Shown here piece after piece: positions 12,458-25,272 of a DNA stretch of 64,000 nt. The stretch's first letter is position 1, and each line of letters begins with the position of its first letter. The notes under the pieces are model-generated. The model worked only from the letters and a program-made list of their open reading frames with translations. It searched no databases and had not been told where the DNA came from. This stretch comes from Dipteris shenzhenensis (Eukaryota), in assembly GCA_047967505.1 (NCBI GenBank), contig CM106538.1; one strand, given 5' to 3'. A program made the translations under genes and the position numbers.

Positions 12458-15400
12458 GCATGAGATACTCTTCAGCAGTCTGGTGAAGATGCATTCACAG
12501 GACATCGTTGTGTATATTCCACCCATGCATGCACTAAAAGAACATGTATGCGAGGACTGCTTGTTGGTCTGAATGCATTGTGCTTCCTACCACACGTGCT
12601 GACCAGTTTCCCTCTCCTTCATACTCGCCTACACCAGGAATGAACAATCCTACTGCATGTGTTGATAGGCTGCCGTCTCGATCAATCTCGCCTTCATACT
12701 CGCCTGCACAAGCACCACTAACAACACTTACACCACATGGCCTGCATGAACATGCACAAGTGACCACCTGTGCAGCCCACACTACTTCAATGACATGATG
12801 TTTGATTAACACCTAATGCAGCTGTGGGCACAGGTATGTGCAATATTCTTATCTCACCATTTGGTCCCCGTACAATTTATGCATGTAAGGTGCTGAAGCA
12901 CTCTGTGTACGGACGTGCAAAACAAGTTGCAAATTTTGGATGTGAATGTGATGAGACGTGGAACAAGTGGAGGAATTGCTTGTGGGTATGGATATGAGGG
13001 TCAGAAGTAGAGGATTTGTACCATCTGATCCCCATCCGGTGGGCATAGTGATGTATGCAAACCGATGCAGACAGCATCATGTGGGGGGTACTATTACTTT
13101 GTTACTTTTATAGATGACTTTACCAGGTTCACATCCCATGAAGCTGAAGTTAGATGTCTTCTCTTACTTCAAGCATTGGATTGTCTTGGCAAAGAATGAG
13201 ATTGGGGAGAAACTCTTGATCTTTTGCACTAACAGGGGGGATGAGTACATGTCCCGAAAATTTTCTAATTTTTTGGCTGCCCAGGGTATCATTCATCAGT
13301 GCACAGTACCATACACGACGCAAAAGAATGGGCTAGCAGAGCGTAAAAATAGAACAGAAACAAATTCTGGTTGGATGCAATTACGTGTGCCAACTATGTG
13401 CTCAACCGAGCACTGGTTGAGCACCCACTTAGGCATTGAGACCATGACTCCCTATGAAGCATGGACAGGTTGTAATCATGTCATCTCCCAAGCGGGTGTT
13501 TGGGTCTCTTGCGTATGTGCATGTACCTCTCAATTGAGGTATAAGCTTGATGATAAGGCTGTCAAATGCATCTTCATTGGCCAGAGCTCACAAAGAAAAG
13601 GTTTCAAGTTGTTTCAGCCTAGCACATGCGAGTTGATTGTCAGTAGGGATGTGGTTTTTTCTTAGCTTGCCCCTTTACCTAAAACACAGCCTTCAGTGGA
13701 AGCCTTTGATGTGTTTGATTCCGCCTTCACAGATATAGATGACACAGTGCAGAGCGCCATGCCACATGCTTCTAGCAGCTCCAATCCTCCTCTTGTTGCT
13801 ACTGCTCAGCGTGATTTTCCACCGACAAGCCATGCTATCGAGCAAGCAGTTCAAGAGGAGAGGGCTGTCATGAGACAACAAAAATCAGTCCCTTGTTCGC
13901 TTTTCGATACCCTCACGGACAGCAAGCAGGCTGAGACTTTGCCTACCCGCAAAAGAGGTGCACACAAACAGAGGGCATTTTTTGGCTGTAGCTTTGATCG
14001 TTACTGCCTGTAATGAAGAACCACTATGTCATAAGAATGCTTTTGACAGCAGAGAATGGATAGATGCTATGAATGCTGAACTTGAGTCCCCTTTCATGCA
14101 AATGGCACTTAGGAGTTGTGTGACTTGCCTGCAGGCAGGTGTGCTATAGGCACAAAATGGGTTCACAAGGTCAAATGGAAAGCTGATGACAGTGTTGACC
14201 GCTTCAAAGCTCATCTTGTTGCAAAGGGTTATGCACAAAAACATGGCACTGATTTGGAAGAGACCTTTTTAGGCACTTTAGGAAAACAAGAAAAAACTCC
14301 ATGTGTGACAAGTTGGTCCTACCATATCATGTGTCACATGTTAGTCATGTAGCCCTACCACCTCATAGGCGCGATGGGGCCACACGGAGTCCTAAAGTCT
14401 CAAAAATATATCTATGATCTATTGCTAGCATGCTTGGTGCCTCACTCTCGAGGTGATACCGACAAACAACTCAAGGAAGCTTGACATCGAAATGCAAAAA
14501 TAATGATTCCTTGACATCGACATGCAAAAATAATGATTCCATGAATGGGGCGGATACTCACAAGTCCTATGTCCAATCTTCTACTGACTCGGTGTGTCTA
14601 GAACTCAAGGTCATGATCCACTTGTCTACCCAATGGCTCGCATGTATGCGCCCTTGGTACACTCATTGATATATATCTCAAGAGCTGACCCTTGTGTCCT
14701 TGGTTGTCAAGTGGGCAACCAAGATAGTTTGGTGATGCCTGTGTCCATGGGTTTCACTGCCTCATGAACGAGGCTGATAGTATTCATGGTTCAAGAGAGG
14801 ACGGGAAACAAATGAGAGAGCGAGAAAGAGAGAGAGAGAGAGGGAGAGAGAATTAATCTTTCACAGAAGAGAAATCTCTATATAAACATATCGGCTCTCA
14901 ATCGCACACATTTATCATAACACTACGAAACAAAGAAAACTACTGCCGTGAATCCACTTACAAGGCTATTAATGACATCCAAACAAAGGTTGAGAATGAT
15001 GCGCCTCTTCTCACTAGCAGTGCCATGTAACACCTTTAAGGCAAGATTTACCTACAAAGTTCAAAAACTCATGAAACTTAGTAAACTAATGAAACTTTTG
15101 ATCCCCTCTAAAATCAGAATACACAAGGACACCAATTCAACGGCAAAACTACAAACAAAAAATGTATGTGATAATGCCAGATGGTTTCTTTTGACCAACT
15201 TTAGGATGTTAAAGAGGCAAATCACCAATTGAAAAAGCACCCATTCTGTACTAAAAATGGGAAAGAACTCACAGCTGCTAGTGAATCAAGCAACTTGGTG
15301 TCCATGTCCTTCCCACCTTGTAAAATACACAAAAGTAAATCGGTTAACTTGAAAGGTTTGACCTCTATCAATCTATTTGGCATTATCTTCAACAAAATCA

Positions 15401-15875
15401 AATATGTACTTCCTTTACCTTAGACTTTTTAGTCCTCACCCCCTCGCTTCATTGCCGTTGCCATGTCTAAATCTCACCATTACCACTTCTCGACCATGAT
15501 ATACAAAGACTACACTATTCACCAACTCGACAGTAATAGCTTAGTTAAAAACCACCCAAATTTAAGATTGTGGCCTAGTCACATACCGCTTGCTTCCAAG
15601 CTTAACGATCAAAATGTATACGTTGTCTTATCGAATCCCCACAACATGCGTGACTTATCGATTATTATTGGCCTTAATGAAAAGCATCTTTGTTAGGACG
15701 TGTTCTGAACAAGCAAGCTTTAGACATTGTGGAAGTGACCAAAACAAAAAGAAAGAGTTTGAAGATTAAAGCAAGCGTTTAAAAACGCACACGCATACAT
15801 GTATAAATATATACATATGTATGTGTGTGTACGCGTGTGCACAATGTGTGTGTGTGTGTGTGTATGTGTGTGTAT

Positions 15876-16660
15876 CTATCTTATGTTATTCATGATGATG
15901 GCTCTGTGCTACCTTTTTCTCTAGCAGCTACACGGTATGGCTTGGGCTCTCATTATCGTGCTTTGTGGCAACTGTATGCTTTCGCCTTTTGTTCCAATTC
16001 CTCCTTTGGAACTCCAGGACCGGCTGGAGGATTGGACTTTGACTTCCCCAGGATCCTCTTCTCGTTCTTTGAGGCTATCTCAGATTACTGTGCCTGCATT
16101 GTATAAAATCCTTTTGCCTCAACCTTGGGTTTCAGAGAAAGGCAATTCTATGTGGTGAATGCATCGCCCAGCTAATTGGTGGAGAAAGAGATTACAGCAT
16201 CTTTCGGCCTACAAAGTTCCTCTTCGTCAACAGGTTTTCTTCGGGCGAGTGCTTCTGAGTATTTTTCCATCTAGAGAGATGTTGGCTCATAGACACATTG
16301 CTCCTGCTCGTTGCCACAGATGTTTGACTTCTCAGGAGACTATGCCTCATTTATTCTGGCTTTGTCCAAGCTCTCGTGAGTTCATTGATCTTCTTCGGCA
16401 GCACCTTCGAGCGAGATTCCTGACTGTTCCTTTTGGAAAGTCCTTCTGGCTCTTTGGTTTTCATCCACCCAGACCAGAGTTTCATCTTTTCTTTGTTTGG
16501 GTTCGCTATTAGGCACTCTGGACTTTATGGACGGACAGGAACTGTAAAGTCTTTGGTGATCTTACATTTTACTTGTTTGCTTTTTTAAGCGTTCTCTCCA
16601 ACAATATTTCTTTGATTTCTCTCAGACACGCTGCATAGATCATGCTGTATATCTAGCATA
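15876..16660 (+). mobile_element. L1 ORF2 C-terminal (zf-RVT) fragment beginning at a (GT)n run
   Basis: RCHRCLTSQETMPHLFWLCPSS, W..LWTDRN; clearly homologous to 28400-29211. Confidence 0.8.
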
Positions 16661-17567
16661 CACTAAGATTTTCAGCTGATGTAGGAGGGGTATATGGTCA
16701 ATATAGGTGAGAGTAGTATAGAGTCGTGCAGAGTATATGGGTGAGAGGCAGTGGTCAAAGTGTATGTCGTGATAGGTAGTGTGAGTGGTAGAGCAAGGCG
16801 GGGAGTAGTGATATTGAAGAAGAGATATGTGTGATCAGCTCCACGTGGTGGTGGTGGAATGGAGAAGTCTGTGATGTGTGATGTGAAGGCTAGGGATCCC
16901 AAGGTATAATCAACTACGCTAGACTCCCTCCATGCGGAAAGCAAGTGAAGCCGCTGGAGGAGGGCCATCGCTCAAGACCATTATAAATAACGAGATCGTG
17001 TGTTGTACCTAGATCCAGTAGCGCATGTCTGTAAGAAGTGATAGGAGCCCGTCTATCAGCATTGGGTCAATTTTGTTTCTTGATTTTCTTGTTTATTTTT
17101 GCTTGGTCACCTTCTTCCTTTCTTGTTTTCTTTCTCTTTTGTTTTGTTTGTTTTGTTTTGCCTTTTGACGTATTTTAGTAAGCATTGGGTTTGCCCAAGA
17201 GACTCCGCGGGTCTTTAGAAACCCAGTATAGTTGCTTATGCTTGGGCACTGATGACGACATAAGTGCTGCTTTGCTTGCTAAGTATGTCTTCCTTTTGTT
17301 TTTCAAAACTTTTATTTGCTCTTTTTTATTCTCTTTTGTTTTCTCTTTTATTTTCTTGTGTAGGTTTTTGGACTTTAGAACATCAAAATTTCTAAATTTG
17401 TACGATTGGATATATTCTAGTCGTACAAAGGTAGGTGTGTGTGTGTGTACGTATAGTGTATATATGTATGTATACACACATATATATTTATACATATACA
17501 TGTGTGTGTGTGTACATATACATACATACATACATACATATCGATAGATAGCTAGATAGACACACAC

Positions 17568-17640
17568 TTTTTTTTAGTGAAAACTTTTGGTTGATTATAT
17601 TACAAGAGTAGCGACCTCAAAACGAGGCAGCCCAAATTAG
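17568..17640 (-). mobile_element. Very short L1 3' end with poly(A) abutting (GT)n
   Basis: Reverse complement CTCTTGTAATATAATCAACCAAAAGTTTTCACT-A8-GTGTGTGT resembles the 3' end at 29170-29220. Confidence 0.55.
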
Positions 17641-17663
17641 AGGAAAACGCTTTTAGGACCCGT

Positions 17664-17735
17664 GCCATGTAATAGGTGGTACGATGGTGATGTAAGGCTC
17701 TTTGCCGACAACTCCGATTCGAATCCCAACATGGC
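17664..17735 (+). pseudogene. tRNA-like 72-nt sequence (tRNA pseudogene or SINE head)
   Basis: GCCATGT/ACATGGC 7-bp terminal stem, A-box-like TGGTACGATGG and B-box-like GATTCGAATCC; anticodon and T stems do not pair well. Confidence 0.35.
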
Positions 17736-17929
17736 CTACCAAGTGAACCGGACATGTTACGCTAGTATCATCGTCTAGTTCGCCAAAAGAAACAAAACTT
17801 TGTCCGCCAAAACGAGGATGAATTACTAAACATTCTTTTCAATAATAATTCAAAGACTTTCAGCGACGGTTTCTTGAACGGCGGTCCCCCTCACCACTCA
17901 CAGACACTCAAGTTTGGCACAACTACGCC

Positions 17930-18880
17930 CGCACACTTTATCACATCCCCGACCAGCCCACACCTGATCTCTCGCACACACCACGACCAACCGCTTGCAC
18001 TCTCTTCACTAAGGGAGGCATCAAAGATGCGGTCATGAAGCTTCATAATGGCCAAGCGAAGGATCATGAGAGATTATGAACCGAGTTTGTTGCATACGGG
18101 ATTGATATCCTAGCCCCTATCCTTGCAAAGCTATTTAATGAAGCAGTTTGTCTTGGCTTCCCACGCACTTGGACCCTCGACGCTATCACACCTATCCACA
18201 AGGCAAGGGATCCCATGATCCAAGCAACTACATGACTATTATGATCGGGCATGTCATGCCCAAGATATATGCTTCAATACTAGATATGAAGGTCAGTCGC
18301 AATGCAAAGATGCAGGGACTCAGAGCAAATGGACAAGCAGTATTTTGACGTGACCATGCAACCATGGATCAAATCTTGACATTTAGGAGTGTCATAAAGG
18401 AGGCCAGGACACGGAAACAGAGGGTATATTGCTGCTTTGTAGATTTTCGCAAAGCCTTCGATACAATGCCTCCAGCACGCCTCATCAGGCGGTTACAGGA
18501 GCTGGGGTATGGACCAGAGATAGTTTGGGCTGTTATGGCACTTTATGAGAGGGTTTCTGGCAAGGTTCCGACGGGGGCAGGATGGACGGATGAGATCCTA
18601 AGCACCATTGGGGTCAAACAAGGTTGTCCACTCTCACCGACCTTGTTTGGCCTCCACATAGACGAGCTTGAGTCTTTTATGAGGACATTAGGAGGTGATA
18701 ATTGCTCTCTTGCCGGTTATTTGCTCTAGATCCTTTTGTATGCTGATGATGTGGTGCTCCTAGCCTCATCCGCTGAGGAGCTCCAGAGACATCTAGATGC
18801 ACTATGGCTTTTTGCGAGTCTCATGACTTGAAGGTCAACCCGGGTAAAACCAAGGTTGTGATCTTCAACACCTCCAGAGC
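17930..18880 (+). mobile_element. RTE-like LINE reverse transcriptase fragment
   Basis: CCFVDFRKAFD, IGVKQGCPLSPTLFGL, LLYADDVVL, KVN.GKTKV; homologous to 40920-41980. Confidence 0.9.
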
Positions 18881-18927
18881 AGGATTTTTTTGCAGCCTCT
18901 GCTCAATACATGTAAAAGAGCTGTGAG

Positions 18928-21900
18928 GTAGAGCTGTAGCTCCCTGAGCTCCCACCTTAGCCCCCCCCTCCCGCCTCCTTCCGCCTCAGCCTCCACCTTC
19001 GCCTCACCTCTCCCTTCCGCCTCCCTCCTGCATCATCTCCTTCCCACCTCCTTCCACCTCTACCTCGCCTCCTTCCGCCCGCAGGCCACCGCTCCCCGCC
19101 TTCCCCTTCTGCCCTCCCTGCCTTCTCCCCCCGGCCACCTCCGTTGCCGCCCCGCTCCTTCATGCCTCCCTTCCGCCGCCTCACCTCCTCTCACCGCCTC
19201 CCAGCCTCCCCCGCTCCTCCTCGTCTCCTCGTCCTCCACCTTCCCTCTCTTCGCCCTCTCCTTTTGCCCTTGTTGCCTTCCCGCCATCTCCTTCCACCCC
19301 TCTGCCTCCTTGCCACCTCCTTCCGCCTACCTCCGCCTCCAGTATCTTCTCACCTCCCCGCTTCCATTCCTCCTACACCCTGCCTTCAACCGCTCTCCCC
19401 CCTCCGCCCTCTCCACGCCTTCACCTCACCTCCTTCGTCGCTTTGCCTCAGACCCCTTACCTCCACCTCGCCTCCTCCTCAACTCCCTCCCCGCCTCTCG
19501 TTCGTCCCCTATTCGCCTTCTCTTTGAGGGCTCTCCCTCTCCATTGGTAGCCAACTGCAAGGGTGTGTTCCCCTGTAGCTGGCCCTTGGTTTCCTCCCCA
19601 CCCTTTGGGCAGCGGTGAGCGGTTTTTTTGTCTTCGGGGAAGATCTTCTTGGTGGCGACCCTTGGTCTAGCCAGATGTCATGACAAGAGAAATCACTAAT
19701 CCGTGATTAGTAGACATTTAAACATTATTATATATTATACGCCAATGGTGTAACATGTATATGTATTTATCATGGACACCGACCGATTTGTTATGGCGGT
19801 GGATCATCTGAGTAGATATGACTAGTCGAGCTGGAGCCACTGCTTCAGACGGCATCGAATTTGGACATGTGATACTTATTTTATTAATAAAAATGTGCAC
19901 ACACGTGTCTAGGTCCTAGGGGCAATAGGAAGGGAAGGGTGCATTAAGGTACATTGAATGGTAGATGCATGGGTCATAGGCTAAGGGTAGGTGTAAATGG
20001 GAAGATGGAACTTGAGTGATCTCAAGGGACATTAATGAAAGGGTATCACTCTTTTCATTGTGAATCTCATGTAGCATTCTTCATTCACCTTGCATCCATC
20101 TGCCATCTCTCACACACCTTAAGAAACCAAGGAAACAGGCCCGCAAGCATCGCAGGCAGAGGGCTAGACGCAGAGAGAGAGAGACAGGGTTTTTCGAGAG
20201 GCACCTAAGGAGGAGCAGCAGCAGGAGCCCTTACGTGGAGATCCACCTCCCCCAGTGGAAGGGGCCACTACCTAGCCAGAGGATCCACCCGTGATGGAGG
20301 TTCAGCATCAGCACTCACCCTTGCATCAATAGCAACGAGCCTCAGGAGCTCCCGTCGCTGCAATGGCAGAAGCTGCAGACGTTAGCCCGACAACGGCTGA
20401 GAAAGAGCGTGTCCAGAGTCCCAACGAGCCTGATCAACAGGCGGGGCCTGTGGTTGCCCTGGTCCCCCCCCGCCCCCCTCCCCCTCCTGATCCCACTCCC
20501 TCTCTACCCCCCCTCCCTCCTAGATTCCCCCCACCCCCCCCCCTTCGCCCCTCCTGCTATGGTCACCCTCACCACCGGCCCCCCTCCCTCCCCCTTCCCC
20601 TCCGCCCCCCTCTCCACCCTCCTCAACAAGTTCTTCAGCCTTCTACCCCCCCCGCCTTGACACCCGTGCCAACAGGCAAGGGTAAGATGGCGTTCCCTTC
20701 CGCTTCCTCACCGCAGCATCCGGTCCAGTTGGGGAGCGAGCCAGAGGGAAGGGGCTCATCCTCCTGGTCAGCAGCTCCCCATCTCCAGCTTGGACGTCCC
20801 TTACCGTGGGACTTTTGGAGATTGGGACCCTGGAACTATCTAGAGATTCCGGACTCTTACCCTCTACCCTTGGAGGTAACGCTTGTGGTCTTGCAGCCCC
20901 GGAAAGGGGGTTCGATCAGCGTAGTGGGCTCTAAGACACACCCAGTTTGGAGATTCCAGTTTGCATCCACAGGGTTAGAGAAGTGGTCCCCAGTGGTGTT
21001 TGATGCTATTATGGAATATCAGATTTTACGCATGATGGACGAGTGGATGGGGCCAGTGGCACGCCCATGGTGCGGAGGTGAATTTTCAGCTGGGCTTCAC
21101 GCGAGAGAAGCCGATGTGTGGTTTGGCAGTTGGAGTTATCAAATTGCCGCTAGAGGCAAAGGTTGATAAGGCATACGACTGGCCACTCTAGAAGTCTGCG
21201 GAGTTGTTCGGGGTGAAAGTCCCCTTCATGATGAACTGGGCACGGAAGATTGGCATTGAGCCAGTGTCCACCTTAGTACATCAAGGTACTGACATGGACT
21301 ACCCGCCCTCCAAACCCCCGGCAAAGTCACATAAGGCAGCCTTTCTGGAACTGGAACCCACCCACAGGAGAGCCTTATTTTCTGCATCCTCATCCTCATG
21401 AGCTCGACAATAGTGAGTTGGAATGTGCACGGGCTCCACGACCGTGCTCGTAGTCAACCACAGTACTTGATCCTTCGGCAGGAGTTGCAGAGGACAGTGG
21501 TAGGGCGGATAGTGGACATCCTTTTGATTCAAGAACACATGTTCTCAGCATCAGACATCAGACAGCAACACCACCTCCTCCCAGGGAGAGGTCCGGAGGT
21601 GTGGTCCCCTGCAGCAGCAGGACGGAGCGGAGGGATCTGCATCTCGGTCTCACAGACAGTGACTCCAGATATCTATCATCAGGGCGAGCTTATCCCAGGA
21701 CAGGCAGTTTGGGTGGGAGTTAGGATGGGAGAGTCCAGGATTGGGATCCTGAACGTGTATGCCCCAGCGTGCACACAGCACCATCCGACCTTTTGAAGGA
21801 GGCTTTTAGAGTGTCTTCCGGATGTAGATTCCTGGATTGTTGGAGGGGACTTCAACAACCTGGAGTTTGGACAGGACAAGCAAGGCGGCGCCTCCTTCTC

Positions 21901-24230
21901 TGAGATGCCAGCAGTAGAGCGGAGCACCTGGGAGCAATTCATTTTCATGATCAGTGGCACAGACCCGTGGCGAGAGCCAGATTTTAGTAGGAAACCTGGC
22001 AGCCTCCTCTTCTCTTTCAGACGGTGGAGACATGATGAACTGCTTGAGAGGCTAGACCGCTTCTACGTTGGGGATTGGGCACTGCATAGAGGCGGCTCTA
22101 CAACAATTCTGGCAAGTACCACGATGTCAAACCACTCTCCAGTAGTACTTCACTTAGAGCAGCCCCGCCGAGGTCTTCCCCAAAAGGGGGTCCGCATTCC
22201 AGAGGACCTCGTGCAAAACGAGGAGATTCAGCAAGTCATAGAAGGGATTTGGCAGCAGTCAGAGACTGCACCGTGCGAGGGCTGGGCTTCATGGGTGGCC
22301 GATGCGATCCAAAAGAGCAGTGAGGAGTTGCAGGTTCATGCCCTTAGGCGGAGGAGGACTCTTCAGGAGCGTGAGCGGACACTGAGGAGAGACCTCGCCT
22401 CCATAGAGCGGCTCAGGGAGCAAGAACCAGGATCTCAGTGGCTTACTGACAGGTTTGAGAGCGCTCGCCTTGAGCTTCAGGACACGGAGATTCGACGGGC
22501 TGAGTTCTCCTATCACTCTTCCCGGCCCCAGTGGGTACAGTAGGGGGACAAGATGACGAAACCAGGTTTTTCATACCACTGGACCCCGATCAGCAAGCAC
22601 GCAGCTGCAGCGTCTTCGAGATCCTCAGGGCATCATGCACACTAACCCGTAGGAGAATTTAGACCTGACCATGGGTTTTTACAACCAGCTCTTGCAGACA
22701 GAGAGGATGACTTCAGCTGGTCTTGTGGCGCGGGAGGTAGTTTGGGATCACGTTCCGACGATAGTGTCGCAGAATCTCTACAGCAGTCTGGAGGAGCCCT
22801 TCACGAAAGAGGAGCTCTGGGAAGCCCTCAAGGCTCTCCCGGCCCAGAAGTATCCTGCTGAGGAGGATGGCTTGACCCCAGCCTTCTTCCGGAACTTCTG
22901 GGAGATCATCTCCACCCCTTTCCGACTAGCTTGCCAGGAGATTTTTGAAACGGGCTCCCTCCCTCAATCCCTAAGCAAGGGGTGGATTGGTTTGATCCCG
23001 AAAGGGGGAGATAGGTCAGATATCCGACAGTGGAGACCGATCACTTTGCTTGATATCGCATACAAGATCCTCGCCAAGGTCTTGAGTTTGCGGTTACGGC
23101 CCCATCTTACTGACATTATTCATGACACACAGACCGGGTTCATCCAGGAGCATAGCATCCTGGACAACATCTTCACGTTCTGGGAGGCAGTGGATTGGTC
23201 GAGGGAGGAGTCATAGCCATTGGCCGTCCTCCTCTTGGATTTCGAGAAGGCCTACGACAGGGTGGAGTGGTCCTTCTTGGAGGGTACTATGCGGAGATTG
23301 GGTTTCTCATACATATGGGTCGGAGGAGTTTCTGTGCTTTATGCGGGGAGCTCTAGCCAGATGCTTATCGGAGGACACACGGGCGAGGCCTTTCCTCTCT
23401 CTCGCTCGGTCCACCAGGGCTGTCCCCTCACTCCCTTTCTCTTCTTGCTTGTGGCGGAGGCTTTGGGCTACTATTTGAGATCGCAGGTGGCGGGCCTCAC
23501 AAGGTTGAGGCTCCCAATCAGGCAAGAGGAGTTGTTGGACTCCGAGTTTGCAGATGACACGGCCTTGTATGTAGAGGGTACCACAGCGAGTTTGGAGAGA
23601 GTCAGGGGAGCCCTGGCTATCTACTGTGAGGCTTCGGGTGCGCAGATCAATTGGACTAAGTCCATAGGTTTCTTCACAGGCTCTGAGGAGGCACAAGACA
23701 TTCATGAGTGGGGGAGCGACTTTGGCTTCAAATGGATACCGTGGGACCAGAAGGCAAGATACCATGGATGCCAGGTTGGTATTGACATTACAGTAGAGCA
23801 GCAGATCGTCCCAGTCCTTGAGAGTATTCGGCACAAGCTTCTCTATTGGAGCTCTCGGCCAAACTCTCCCTAGCAGGTCGTGCCTTAGTGGCAAACTAGG
23901 CCCTTCTTGCCACGGCCTGGTATATTGCCTCCTGCTGGTGTTTTCACAGAGGGTGCATTGGGCAGCTCCGACGGTTGGTTCGGAACTTCCTTTGGGCAAG
24001 TTCGAACGGCATGAGGAACACTAGGGCCCGGGTTGCTTAGTAGACGATGATCATGCCGCAGGCACTGGGAGGCTTGGGTATCATTGATCCGGAGATGCAG
24101 AGTAGAGCCCTCGGGCAAGTTGGTTGTTCACGGCCTCACACTAGGTGCAAAGCCTTGGAAGCTCCTCTTCCAGCGAGGGCTTCTTAGGAACACCCCACGC
24201 ATTGGGGGGCAATGGCAGACATCACTTGTA
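18928..24230 (+). mobile_element. Decayed L1-clade LINE: C-rich leader, unidentified insert (about 19677-20130), ORF1 C-terminus, APE endonuclease, RT; 3'-truncated
   Basis: SWNVHGL, LIQEH, NVYAP, GGDFN, RLDRFY and SNHSPV (APE); WRPITLL, LDFEKAYDRVEW, QGCPL and FADD (RT); several stops and frameshifts. Confidence 0.92.
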
Positions 24231-24259
24231 CCACTGCCATCCTCAGAAGATAAGTGAAA

Positions 24260-24820
24260 ACTAGGCTCTAATGGTGTTGATACCGGCTTGCAATCGTCAA
24301 ACTAAAAACGCTGCAAAAGCTTTCAATGTACTTGGATTGTGACATCAAAATGCCCCCCTCACTACTAGCAAATTGGATGCCCAGATAGTAGTGCAAAAGT
24401 CCAAGATCAGACATAGCAAATGTCTTCTGCAAATCAAGCTTGAAATCTGCAATTTGCTTAGCATGTGTCCCAGTCACAAGCATGTCATCCACATAAAGGA
24501 CTGAAATCGGCAAATCTGTCCCACTCTTGCGGATGTAAAGGGTAGCCTCTGTAGGGCTATTCTGAAAGCCAAGTGTGAGCAAATGAGTATGAATCCTGGA
24601 ATACCAAGCCTGAGGTGTCTGCTTCAATCCATAGAGAGCTTTCTTCAAGCGGCATACCTTGCTTTCAGAACCTTCAACCTCAAAGCCAGGAGGTTGGGAA
24701 ACATGGACCTCTTTCTGCAAATGCCCATGAAGGAAAGTTGTCTTGATCTCAAGCTGATGTACCTCCCAATGAAAGTGGGCAGCAAAGGCAATAACAATGC
24801 AAATAGTAGTGATCCTGGAA
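24260..24820 (-). mobile_element. Ty1/Copia RT fragment
   Basis: QPPGFEV..KVCRLKKALYGLKQTP, LYVDDML, MSDLGLLHYYLGI. Confidence 0.9.
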
Positions 24821-24829
24821 GTTTATATT

Positions 24830-25224
24830 CACTGATATCTCCTCCATTTTCAGCCCTGGAGTGCAGCTGACCAGGGTTACGGTGGTGCTCGTCAGACATC
24901 GGGTAGCAGCCAGGAGGGCACGATAGGTTACTCATCTAGATAGCAGAGGTTCTTGCCTACACAGCCCAGTCCGCCGTTGGGCACAGCTTGATGTTCTATA
25001 TGCCTATTGTATTGTCTTGGATCAGACTGTGTCTCCACATGAGCACGATGATTCCAGGATGGTTGTATATGATTTTGATAGACATGTGCTATGATATCAT
25101 TGACTATGTCTACACACTTTTGTAGCATGGGTTAGGATGCTCGCTTAGAAGCTCCACCCTTTTGCTCATTGTATCAGGTTTTTCTTTAGTCTCATAGACC
25201 CATCGGTCTTTAGCATACTTTAAT

Positions 25225-25272
<48 letters not shown>

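Larger units (their letters stand above)
7730..14280 (+). mobile_element. Decayed Ty1/Copia copy of the same family as 30316-36250 (leader, gag, protease, integrase, start of RT), interrupted by nested LINEs
   Basis: ATTTGC-rich leader; LASLYQIHNESRVAYL (UBN2-type gag); WYFDSGASKHIT; LWHE (9862-9873), resuming after the LINE as SSLVKMHSQ..HVCEDCLL (12475-12570); [45 protein letters not shown]. Confidence 0.9.

Noticed and set aside
14850-15420. L1 C-terminal remnant next to (GA)n
   Set aside because: A single HTFFVCSFA-like word; insufficient evidence.
19677-20137. Solo LTR inside the L1 (similar case at 37482-37790)
   Set aside because: TG start and LTR-like composition, but no matching TSD or partner LTR found.
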